Assembly: GCF_009914755.1 (NCBI RefSeq)
Contig: NC_060934.1
Strand: one strand, 5' to 3'
DNA length: 64,000 bases
Source: the human T2T-CHM13v2.0 reference genome, Homo sapiens
Position 1 is the first letter of the stretch, and every line of letters starts with the position of its first letter. The translations under genes were made by a program, and so were the position numbers. Below are positions 50,085-61,432 of this stretch, piece by piece. The notes beneath the pieces are model-generated. The model was not told the origin of the DNA, made no database searches, and saw only the letters and a list, made by a program, of their open reading frames with translations.

Positions 50085-50910
50085 ACGCAACACAGAATGC
50101 CCTATTCCCATTAACAGTCACTTCTCATGTTTTTCTTCCTCCTCCCAGGCAAACACTGGTCTATTTTCTGTCTCTATAGACTTACCTATTCTGGGCATTT
50201 CTTACAAATGGATTCATATATGTGATCTTTTGTGACTGGCTTCTTTCCATCAGCATAATATCTTCAAAGTTCATTCATGTCATAGTATATGTATCAATAC
50301 TTTATTCCTTTTTTAGTACTGAATAATATTCTATTGCATATGTATACCATATTGTGTTTATTACAGACATTTGGGTTGTTTCCAATTTTCAGTTATTACG
50401 GATAATACTGCTATATGCATTTACAAGTTAGGCCATGTAGCAACTCTATGTTTAACATTTCAAAGAACTGCCAAACTAGTTTTCTAAAGTTCCTGCAACA
50501 TTTCACATTCCATTGGCAATGCATGAGAGTTTTCAATTTCTCTATATTCTTGTCAACACTTGTTATTGTCCATCTTTTTTATAATAGCCATACTAATCAG
50601 TGTAAAGTGGTATCATATTGTGGTTTTAATTTACATTTTTCTAATGAGTAATGATGTTGAGTATCATTCCATGTGTTCATTAGCTATTTCTATATCTTCT
50701 GAGATAAATATCTATTCAGATTCTTTGCCCATTTTTATTGTGCTTTTTTTCATTATTGAGTTGTCTGGCTTTCCATATATTCAAGATACAAGTCCTTTAT
50801 CAGATATGTAGTTTGCAAATATTTTCTCCCAGTCTGAGTTGTCTTTTCATATTCTTGATGGTATTTTTGCAACACAAAATTGTTTAATTTTTATGAAGTC
50901 CACACTTATT
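50085..50910 (-). mobile_element. L1MB7/8-like 3' fragment
   Basis: cccattaacagtcacttctc, ttctgtctctatagacttacctattctgg, cctttatcagatatgtagtttgcaaatattttctccc. Confidence 0.85.
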
Positions 50911-51719
50911 TTTATTATAAGAATTAATCTTTATCATTAAGATAAATGAATAGCATCATAGTGAACATCAGGCCTGTATGACACAATGACAAAGAAATAG
51001 ATGAGTTAGCTAAGAATGACAATTTTGACTAACAGTAAAGAAACATTTTCCAGGATAAATTCACTACAGAAAAAAATTTTGGAACAGCTCCTGGGTAACT
51101 ATCTGGTATAGTCATTTTTTAGTTACTCTTCTGAGAATTCACCAAAGCAATAAAACTTCTCTGGCCATTATAACTTGAAGCACCTACTAGATTTTTCTAT
51201 TCAGAATTATCTTTACAAAAGGGAACTGTCAGATTACTTATCTGTTAATTAAAGATATTGTAATATTGTGATGTCAATGGTACAGTGGCTTACTATGGTT
51301 TGTTCTTCCTTCTAAAAATCTTCAGATTAAAAAGAAAGAAAGCTAAGACTTACTAAGCTCATAATATGGGCCAGGGACTTTATAAAGCATTTTACTAAAT
51401 GGAAAAATAATTCATAATACAGTCATTCAGGAGAAGTTCTTCAGCCACAAAATATAGGCCTCCTTTGTTTTCTAGTTTCTGTAACAGAAAAGTGAAGTAT
51501 TCATTCAATTTGTCTTAAAGAAATATTAAATGCCTACTATGTGCCACTTATTTTACCAGGTATTACAATGGAAAATGTGATCTATTTATCATCAAGGGGA
51601 CTGTAGTTTGCGAAGGATGAGGAGAAAGATGTAAACCAATAAATATAATAAAGTGTTACAGGAACAGAGTATTTATAGGGTACAGGGGATGAACAAAAGA
51701 CAACAATATTAGTGAATAT

Positions 51720-51907
51720 ATAGGTGCTTAATGTACATTGTTTCATTTTAATACACACAATAGTCCTGTAAATCAGATATTTCCATCTCCACTACATAAA
51801 TGAGGAAATTAAGGCCCAGGAAAGTTAAAGGACTTAAAAAAGATTAGAAAAACTAATAAGTAACACGATAGAAAGCCAAAGCAAGGGCCCCTGATTGCAA
51901 AACTGTG
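51720..51907 (-). mobile_element. MIR fragment (preceded by an L2 3' fragment, about 51500-51620)
   Basis: acataaatgaggaaattaaggcccaggaaagttaaaggactt. Confidence 0.65.
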
Positions 51908-52209
51908 TTTATTGCAATCTGTCATGTAGACCCTCAAACGCTCACTACACTTATCCTGTTAGTCAAGCTAATGATACAGTGGCAAGAAAAGTGTGGCTCC
52001 GGGAGCATCAGTCATTCTGTGAGCTCATCAGTCTGCATTATCTATTGATTATTAATATATTCTCAATACAACTCTTCTTCTTCAAATTTAGATCTATCCC
52101 AATACACTGTAAGATTACAATAGCTATTAGGAATATGCAATTGCTCCCGAGAATCCTTATTAAAGATAGGATTTTAAAGCCCTTATTTTTATCTTACATT
52201 GTTAAGCCT

Positions 52210-52715
52210 TGTGGCAAATTGAATCATTGTTTGCAATTTTTTTGCCTCCCCTTCTTTACACCTTATACATCTGCACCCCTTACCACTTGCCCTTTTAATT
52301 CCAGTTACCAAAATGCGCAGAGTTTAGTGCCCAATCCCATCAACACTGGGTTTGACCATTGTCTTGCTTTGAACAATGGAATAAGGGTAAAAGCAACTAT
52401 GTACAGTTCCAACTGAGGCTAACGGTGCAATGCCTGTTTCTCCTTGTGCATGCTGTCCATGTGCACTTTATGCTTTCATGCATATTAATGATTGCTATTC
52501 AAAAAAGTTGCTCTGTAACTGCACATCTTCGGCCTGAGCCCTACAATAAACATAGGTTGGAACACATCAGAGACAAACGCACACCAAGAAGCCTAGCTCA
52601 GCTTAGATCAGCTGATCTTCAACTTTCCTGCAAGAGCATGAGAAATAAATACTTATGGTACATGCCACAGAGATTTTTATGGTTGTTGTTTACACCACGA
52701 TAGCTAACAGAGACA
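52210..52715 (+). mobile_element. MLT1I/J-like solo LTR
   Basis: tgtggcaaattg...ttgctttgaacaatggaat...catgagaaataaatacttatggtacatgccacagagatttt...tagctaacagagaca; perfect TSD agcct (52205-52209, 52716-52720). Confidence 0.85.
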
Positions 52716-52909
52716 AGCCTTACTCTCTTCCTCCTGGGGAATTTAGAATATAAGCACTCCAGATTGATTTATCCAGCTTGTAACATGAAACTTCAATGGA
52801 TAATATGGTCAGCCTATTTAATCTCTAAGTAACAAGAAAATCATGATTACAGAGAATTAAGACCTGCAGCCATTACTTCCATTATAAAGTAAAAGTAATG
52901 TGTCCTTGA

Positions 52910-53120
52910 ATGTATCAAACTTAATAGGTCAAAATTTGGACACTTTATTTCTGCCTCTGAACTTAATTCCTCTTTCAGTTTCCCAGCACAGTAAATGCCA
53001 CCTCGGTCCAGCTAGAAACCCAGGAAGTCATCCTGAACTCTTTCCACTTCATTGCTCACTACATCCAATCCATCAGCAGCTTTTCCAAAGATTTTCCAGG
53101 ATTCATTCACTTTTCTCTTT
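52910..53120 (+). mobile_element. L2 fragment
   Basis: atcaaacttaataggtcaaaatt...gctagaaacccaggaagtcatcctgaactc...acatccaatccatcagca. Confidence 0.7.
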
Positions 53121-53275
53121 GGCCCCTCTACAGTTTCCTAACCCTTGCAAGCACATCAGTCTCTTCTGCTCATCAAAACACACCATAAGGAAAGTAGCAA
53201 AGACAAACCACAAAAAGCAAAAAAATAAAAGCTAAAAAGATTTGCTGCCTACCAAAAATTGTTATAAGTTTAGAA

Positions 53276-53540
53276 CAGTGCTGTCTGGCCAATAGAAAAA
53301 ATGCAAACCACCTATGTAATTTTAAATTTTCTAATAATCACATTTAAAAATGTTAACACAATTGTTTAAAATAATTTTAATAATATATTGTTACTTAAGC
53401 CAATACATCAGAATTTCATCAACAGTAAATAAATATAAAAATTAATGAGAACTTTATACTTTTTCATACTGTCTTCAAAATTTAGTTTTTGTGCTACTTT
53501 TACAAAACATCTCAATTTAGACTAGTTGGATTTCAAGTGA
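53276..53540. mobile_element. MER33-like hAT-Charlie DNA transposon
   Basis: cagtgctgtc...ccaatagaa...atgtaattttaaattttctaataatcacatttaaaaa...acatctcaatttagactag...tttcaagtg. Confidence 0.8.
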
Positions 53541-54694
53541 GTATATGAGCACTTATGAATCAATGAGAAAAAGCAAACCATCCAAAAGAACGGTGAGAAA
53601 AAGACATGAACAAAAATGCATACATTCTGTCTTCGTTTTTACTCTATGTTTACAGTCATAGTACATTTAAAGTGCTTTTTCTGTGATTAGACTGAGACAC
53701 TGTGGAGATGGCAGGGAGAGTTTTCTTCCTCTCTAGAAGGAATAAAAATGAATGCAAATCTTAATTATTCATAGTTGTGATTTTATTTGTTACTTAGAGA
53801 TTAAACAGATTGGCCACATTATTCACTGAAGTTTCATGTTTAATTCTGTTATACTTTAATGGTGATCGACGTTCGTAAAATTTCCATTACCTAAGGTACT
53901 TTTGACCCTGATAGCCAATTCATTCCTCTTAGGAAAAAATGCTTCTTCTATATCACAGAATCTTCACTGTCAGCATGGCAGCAACCCCAAAATTGGTGGA
54001 CAAAAGGGAAAAAAAATCAAATTTAGTTATTTTCCAAACTATACAAATTTACTTATTTTCTAAACTCATAAGAAAGAAACTAAGCAACCAAGTTTAGCTT
54101 CTTGAACATTGCAGACAGCATCCTTGATAAAGGATTTCTTATTAATCTCTTAAAAACATTCACCTTGTTAAGTGCATTGTTTTAAATATACCTGAGAGTT
54201 TTGTCCTTTCAAAAGAACAATTATGGCAGTAATTTTTCTGTGCTGTTCATGAGCATGCTGAAAAGGTTATTCATTTCATAAGTGATACTATTAGACTTCC
54301 TGGCGTTTTTTGTTCAAAGAATTCCCGATAAGCTTCCTCACAGAAATAAGCTTATAAAGGAAATAATTACTGAGCCTCAAGAAATAAATTTTTGATAGTC
54401 TGAGGTGGGAAACTGACTCATTCTGAAGAAGGGGAGAGTTAAATATTTGAGCCCCTCCAAGGCTGATGGCTCATTAATAGCAGGGAAAAAGGGCTCTGAG
54501 AGATCATGTGAAGTCCTGCCACTCACGTGTCCCATGATCCTGATATAAGAGCTGGCATGGCTTTTCTCAAAATAGGGAGTAAAGTGAAATAAATAAAAGT
54601 CATAACATAACCTGAGGATATGGTAAAACAACACAAACGACTGCAATGTTAAAAACAACAGCAACAAAAACAGAACTAAGAGGAGTAAGACCAC

Positions 54695-55116
54695 TGATAT
54701 GGTTCGGATGTGTGTGCCCGCAAGCCTCATGTTGAAATGTCATCCCCAGTTCTGGAGGTGGGGCCTGGTGAGAGGTGTTTGCGTCACTGGGGGGGATCCC
54801 TCATGAGCAGCTTGGTGCCATCCTCTCAGGGTAATGAGTGAGTTCTCACTCTCTGAGTTCACATGAGATCTGGTTGTTTATAAAAGTCTGGGACCTCCTC
54901 CCTGCCTCTTGCTGCCTCTCTTGCCATGTGGTACACTGGCTTCCCCCTTCACCTTCCTCCATGATTGTAAGCTTCCTGAGGCTCTCACCAGAAGCCAAGC
55001 AGATGTTGTTGCCATGCTTCTACCACCTGTAGAACTGTGAGCAAATTAACCCTGCTTTCTTTACAAATTATTTGGCCTCGAATATTCCTTTAAAGCAAGG
55101 CAAATAGACTAATACG
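54695..55116 (+). mobile_element. MSTB solo LTR
   Basis: tgatatggttcggatgtgtg...ggatccctcatgagcagcttggtgccatcctc...gtaatgagtgagttctcactct...agactaatac; about 422 bp. Confidence 0.9.
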
Positions 55117-56369
55117 CTCAATATATTAAGAAATTCAATAATTACTTTATAACCCTTGGGAGGGTCCAACTCCACCAACATGAACAACCAAGGAAGGAGA
55201 AATGGCATGGGGGCCAAGTCATGATGACCACACAGCAAGCCTGTGAGTGATGTTATTATGGGAGTAACCACCAGGTCCAAGTCACTCCCAGCCCCTGGTG
55301 TAAGCATCAAGGTGGAGGCTAAAATGAAAACCAATCGAGGCTGCATCCTATCTCAAGGATTAGGTGATATTTGGCACCAGAAGCTGGAGTACTCTGGGTG
55401 AACCATCCAGATTTTTCTGCCAAGGGAAGGGAAGTTGTTGAGTGATTTGGGAGCCTAGAGAATGCCCTCTGTGGGAGGAGAGGGAGACAACGATTGTGTT
55501 TCTTTCACTGGAGACCTTATCTCCACCCTCCAGCAGCCTGGAGACTAGCAGAAAGTCATCCTGCTTTCACTTGCTCTGAGCATTGCAAAAGTTTTCATAG
55601 TTTCCAGAAGCTTACTTTCCCTTCAGCACTTTTTAAAACCTACTTACCAATTTTATGGACTACTTATTTGACGTTGTATGTGATTTACAATGTGAAAAAT
55701 CCCAACTGGTCTACTTTATGACCAGGAAGACGGTCCTACTGAGCTTTGGAATTGCTGTACCTGTTCTTTGAGCTATAATATATAGCTCAGGTATTTTGGG
55801 GATATTGCATCCAAATCTAAAATGTAAGCTGAAAGAAAAAAAAAAAAAAACAAGCACATTACTTGAAGTTCAGTCTCAGAAAAATGTTTCTCAAATTTTA
55901 TTTCCTATTTCTCAATTTTCCTTTAGGCAATTAAAAAGCAAAACATCACTTCAGAAGATACACATTTAATCTACGTTGTAGGGAGCATGTAATTTGAATC
56001 TAAACCCCTTAAATTATCTGTCCATTAGCAAAAAACAGACTTTGCACTCCAAAAACTATTTTGTTTAATTGAAAGTGCTCAAAGGCAACCCTTCATAAGT
56101 ATTCAAATTCAGTGACTTGAATTAATTTACCTCTATTTAACTATTCTGTCCTGGGATGCAATTGAAAGTAACAAAGCTAATAAGTAAAGGTAATAGACTA
56201 CTCTCCACATGGATTAATATAGATTAATAAATTAATCCATCTTGATTAATAAAGAAAGTCTATCTTAGAAATTTAAGCAAAATGCCTTATTACTTTTGTT
56301 CTTGGCAGCAAGGATATTTTAAATTATATCCTATATAATATCCTATTATGTTGGTGTTTCCCCCTCAAT

Positions 56370-56790
56370 TTTCTAATTTGAGAAATTCTAAATTTATAGG
56401 AAAGTTGTAAGAGTAAGGACAATTAATGTCTATATACCAATTATCTATATTCATGAATTAATAGCATTTTACCACGTTTCTCCTTTCTATTTGTGACTTA
56501 AGAGTCAGTTTATATCTTGACAACCTCACTTCTGAATATTTCAGCCTTTATTTCAAAAGAACAAGAATATTTTCCTACATAAACATACTTCAGTTATTCA
56601 AGTCAATAAAATTAACATTGATACAATTCCATCATTTAATATTTACCCTATATTCAAATTTTCCTTATTTTCCAATAATGCCCTTTACAACTTTAAAAAA
56701 AAAATAAACAGTGGGGTAAAGAATCATGTATTGAATGTAGTTGCTATATCCTCACCTACTTTATTCTAGACAAGTTCACTTGCTTTTAAT
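56370..56790 (-). mobile_element. L1MC4/5-like 3' end fragment
   Basis: aagaacaagaatattttcctacataaacat...aaattaacattgataca...tattcaaattttcc. Confidence 0.7.
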
Positions 56791-57064
56791 TTTTTTTAAA
56801 TTAATATCATTTTATTTTACTTTATTTTATTTTATTTTATATATTTATTTTTTTATTATTAATATACTTTAAGTTTTAGGGTACATGTGCACAACGTGCA
56901 GGTTTGTTACATATGTATACATTTGCCATGCTGGTGTGCTGCACCCATTAACTCTTCATTTACATTAGGTATATCTCCTAATGCTATCACTCCCCCCTCC
57001 CCCCACCCCACAGTAGTCCCCGGTGTGAGATGTTCCCCTTCCTGTGTCCATGTGTTCTCATTCT

Positions 57065-60000
57065 TCAATTCCCACCTATGAGTGAGAACATGCGGTATTT
57101 GGTTTTTTGTCCTTGTAATAGTTTGCTGAGAATGATGATTTCCAGCTTCATCCATGTCCCTACAAAGGACATGAACTCATCCATTTTTATAGCTGCATAG
57201 TATTCCCTGGTGTATATGTGCCACATTTTCTTAATCCAGTCTACCGTTCTTGGACATTTAGGTTGGTTCCAAGTCTTTGCTATTGTGAATAGTGCCCCTA
57301 TAAACATATGTGTGCATGTGTCTTTATAGCAGCATGATTTATAATCCTTTGGGTGGATACCCAGTAATGGGATGGCTGGGTCAAATGGCATTTCTAGTTC
57401 TAGATCCCTGAGGAATCGCCACACCAACTCCCAGAATGGTTGAACTAGTTGACAGTCCCACCAACAGTGTAAAACTGTTCCTATTTCTCCACATCCTCTC
57501 CAGCACCTGTTGTTTCCTGACTTTTTAATGATTGCCATTCTAACTGGTGTGAGATGGTATCTCATTGTGGTTTTGATTTGCATTTCTCTGATGGCCAGTG
57601 ATGAGCATTTTTTCATGTGTTTTTTGGCTGCATAAATGTCTTCTTTTCAGAAGTGTCTGTTCATATCCTTTGCCCACTTTTTGATGGGGTTGTTTGTTTT
57701 TTTCTTGTAAATTTGTTGGAGTTCATTGTAGATTCTAGATATTAGCCCTTTGTCAGATGAGTAGGTTGCAAAAATTTTCTCCCATTCTGTAGGTTGCCTG
57801 TTCACTCTGATGGTAGTTTCTTTTGCTGTGCAGAAGCTCTTAAGTTTAATTAGATCCCATTTGTCAATTTTGGCTTTTGTTGCCATTGCTTTTGGTGTTT
57901 TAGACATGAAGTCCTTGCCCATGCCTATGTCCTGAATGGTATTGCCTAGGTTTTCTTGTAGGGATTTTATGGTTTTAGGTCTAACATGTAAGTCTTTAAT
58001 CCATCTTGAATTAATTTTTGTATAAGGTGTAAGGAAGGGATCCAGTTTCAGCTTTCTACATATGGCTATCCAGTTTTCCCAGCACCATTTATTAACTAGG
58101 GAATCCTTTCCCCATTTCTTGTTTTTGTTAGGTTTGTCAAAGATCAGATAGTTGTAGATATGCGGCAGTATTTCTGAGGGCTCTGTTCTGTTCCATTGGT
58201 CTATATCTCTGTTTTGGTACCAGTACCATGCTGTTTTGGTTACTGTAGCCTTGTAGTATAGTTTGAAGTCAGGTAGCGTGATGCCTCCGGCTTTGTTCTT
58301 TTGGCTTAGGATTGACTTGGCGATGCAGGCTGTTTTTTGGTTCCATATCAACTTTAAAGTAGTTCTTTCCAATTCTGTGAAGAAAGTCATTGGAAGGTTG
58401 ATGGGCATGGCATTGAATCTATAAATTACTTTGGGCGGTATGGCCATTTTCATGATATTGATTCTTCCTACCCATGAGCATGGAATGTTCTTCCATTTCT
58501 TTGTATCCTCTTTTATTTCATTGAGTAGTGGTTTGTAGTTCTCCTTGAAGAGGTCCTTCACATCCCTTGTAAGTTGGATTCCTAGGTATTTTATTCTCTT
58601 TGAAGCAATTGTGAATGGGAGTTCACTCATGATTTGGTTCTCTGTTTGTCTGTTATTGGTGTATAAGAATGCTTGTGATTTTTGCACAATGATTCGGTTT
58701 GCCAGTATTTTATTGAGGATTTTTGCATCAGTGTTCATCGAGGATATTGGTCTAAAATTCTCTTTCTTTGTTGTGTCTCTGCCAGGCTTTGGTATCAGGA
58801 TGATGCTGGCCTCATAAAATGAGTTAGGGAGGATTCCCTCTTTTTCTATTGATTGGAATAGTTTCAGAAGGAATGGTACCAGCTCCCCTTAGTACTTCTG
58901 ATAGAATTCGGCTGCGAATCCATCTGGTCCTGGACTTTTTTTGGTTGGTAAGCTATTGATTATTGCCTCAATTTCAGAGCCCGTTATTGGTCTATTCAGA
59001 GATTGAACTTCTTCCTGGTTTAGTCTTGGGAGAGTGTATGTGTCAAGGAATTTCTCCATTTCTTCTAGATTTTCTAGTTTATTTATGTAGAGGTGTTTAT
59101 AATATTCTCTGATGGTAGTTTGTATTTCTGTGGGATTGGTGGTCATATCCCCTTTATGATTTTTTATTGTGTCTATTTGATTCTTCTCTCTTTTATTCTT
59201 TTTAGTCTTGCTGGTGGTCTGTCAATTTTGCTGATCTTTTCAAAAAAGCAGCTCCTGGATTCATTGATTTTTTGAAGGGATTTTTGTGTCTCTATTTCCT
59301 TCATTTCTGCTCTGATCTTATTTATTTCTTGCCTTCTGCTAGCTTTTGAATGTGTTTGCTCTTGCTTCTCTAATTCTGTTAATTGTGATGTTAGAGTATC
59401 AATTTTAGATCTTTCCTACTGTCTTTTGTGGGCATTTAGTGCTGTAAATTTCCCTCTACACACTGCTTTGAATGTGTCCCAGATATTCTGGTATGTTGTG
59501 TCTTTGTTCTCTTTGGTTTCAAAGAACATCTTTATTTCTGCCTTCATTTCCTTATGTACCCAATAGTCATTCAGGAGCAGGTTGTTGAGTTTCCATGTAG
59601 TTGAGCAGTTTTGAGTGAGTTTCTTAATCCTGAGTTCTAGTTTGATTGCACTGTGGTCTGAGAGACAGTTTGTTATAATTTCTGTTCTTTTACGTTTGCT
59701 GAGGAGTGCTTTACTTCCAACTATGTGGTCAGTTTTGGAGTATGTGTGGTGTAGTGCTGAAAAGAATGTATATTCTGTTGATTTGGGGTGGAGAGTTCTG
59801 TAGATGTCTATTAGTTCTGCTTGGTGCAGAGCTAAGTTCAATTCCTGGATATCCTTCTTAACTTTTTGTCTCGTTGATCTGTCTAATGTTGACAGTGGGA
59901 TGTTAAAGTCTCCCATTATTATTGTGTGGGAGTCTAAGTCTCTTTGTAGGTCACTAAGGACTTGCTTTATGAATCTGGGTGCTGCTGTATTGGGTGCATA

Positions 60001-60341
60001 TATATTTAGGTTAGTTAGCTCTTCTTGTTGAATTGATCCCTTTACCATTATGTAATGGCCTTCTTTGTCTCTTTTGATCTTTGTTGGTTTAAAGTCTGTT
60101 TTATCAGAGATTAGCATTGCAACCCCTGCCATTTTTGTTTTCCATTTGCTTGGTAGATCTTCCTCCATCCCTTTATTTTGAGCCTATGTGTGTCTCTGCA
60201 TGTGAGATGGGTTTCCTGAGTACAGCACACTGATGGGTCTTGACTCTTTATCCACTTTGCCAATCTGTGCCTTTTAATTGGAGCATTTAGCCCATTTACA
60301 TTTAAGGTTAGTATTGTTATGTGTGAATTTGATCCTGTCAT
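57065..60341 (-). pseudogene. Disrupted L1 ORF2p remnant (EN and C-terminal fragments; RT core deleted)
   Basis: MTGSNSHITILTLNVNGLN; ...IYAPN...GDFN...SDH (endonuclease motifs); [15 protein letters not shown] fusion; [19 protein letters not shown]-terminal motif; several frameshifts and stops. Confidence 0.93.
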
Positions 60342-60404
60342 TATGATGTTATCTGATTATTTTGCTTGTCAGTTGATGCAGTTTCTTCCTAGCCTCAATG
60401 GTCT

Positions 60405-61432
60405 TTACAATTTGGCATGTTTTTCCAGTGGCTGGTACCGGTTTTTCCATTCCATGTTGAGTGCTTCCTTCAGGAGCTCTTTTAGGGCAGGCCTGGTGGT
60501 GACAAAATGTCTCAGCATTTGCTTGTCTGTAAAGTATTTTATTTCTCCTTCACTTATGAAGCTTAGTTTGGCTGGATATGAAATTCTGGGTTGAAAATTC
60601 TTTTCTTTAAGTATGGTGAATATTGGCCCCCAATCTCATCTGGCTTGTAGAGTTTCTGCCGAGAGATCCGCTGTTAGTCTGATGGGCTTCCCTTTGTGGG
60701 TAACCTGACCTTTCTCTCTGGCTGCCCTTAACATTTTTTCCTTCATTTCAACTTTGGTGAATCTGACAATTATGTGTCTTGGAGGTGGTCTTCTCAAGGA
60801 GTATCTTTGTGGCATTCTCTGTATTTCCTGACTTTGAATATTTGGCCTGCCTTCTTTAGATTGGGGAAGTTCTCCTGGATAATATCCTGCAGAGTGTTTT
60901 CCAGCTTGGTTCCATTCTCCCCGTCACTTTCATGTACACTTTCATGTACACGTAGATTTGGTCTTTTCACATAGTCCCATATTTCTTGGAGGCTTTGTTG
61001 ATTTCTTTTTATTCTTTTTTCTCTAAACTTCTCTTCATGCTTCATTTCATTCATTTCATCTTCCATCGCTGATACCCTTTCTTCCCGTTGATCGCATCAG
61101 TTACTGAGGCTTGTGCACCTTTCTTTGTCACGTAGTTCTCGTGCCGTGGTTTTCAGCTCCATCAGGTCCTTTAAGGACTTCTCTGCATTTGTTATTCTAG
61201 TTATTCATTCATCTAATTTTTTTTCAAAGTTTTTAACTTCTTCGCCATTGGTTCGAACTTCCTCCTTTAGCTTGGAGTAGTTTGATCTTCTGAAGCCTTC
61301 TTCTCTCAACTGGTCAAAGTTATTCTCCCTCCAGCTTTGTTCCATTGCTGGTGAGGAGCTGCGTTCCTTTGGAGGAGGAGAGGCACTCTGATTTTTAGAG
61401 TTTCCGGTTTTTCTGCTCTGTTTTTTCCCCAT
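60405..61432 (-). pseudogene. Disrupted L1 ORF1p coding remnant
   Basis: MGKKQSRKTGNSKNQSASPPPKERSSSP... and MEDEMNEMK...LQEIWDYVKRPNLR fragments separated by stops and frameshifts. Confidence 0.9.

Noticed and set aside
51895-52416. 173-aa + strand ORF
   Set aside because: Non-ATG start, overlaps the MIR end and the MLT1 LTR, no recognisable domain; consistent with chance
55769-55789. 9-bp-stem palindrome tgagctata-ata-tatagctca
   Set aside because: Short and AT-rich; expected by chance in 64 kb
57647-58738. 363-aa ORF, the longest in the window, as a domesticated gene
   Set aside because: It is an L1 ORF2 fragment spanning the RT deletion, cut off from the EN and C-terminal parts by stops and frameshifts; no sign of independent promoter or exon structure
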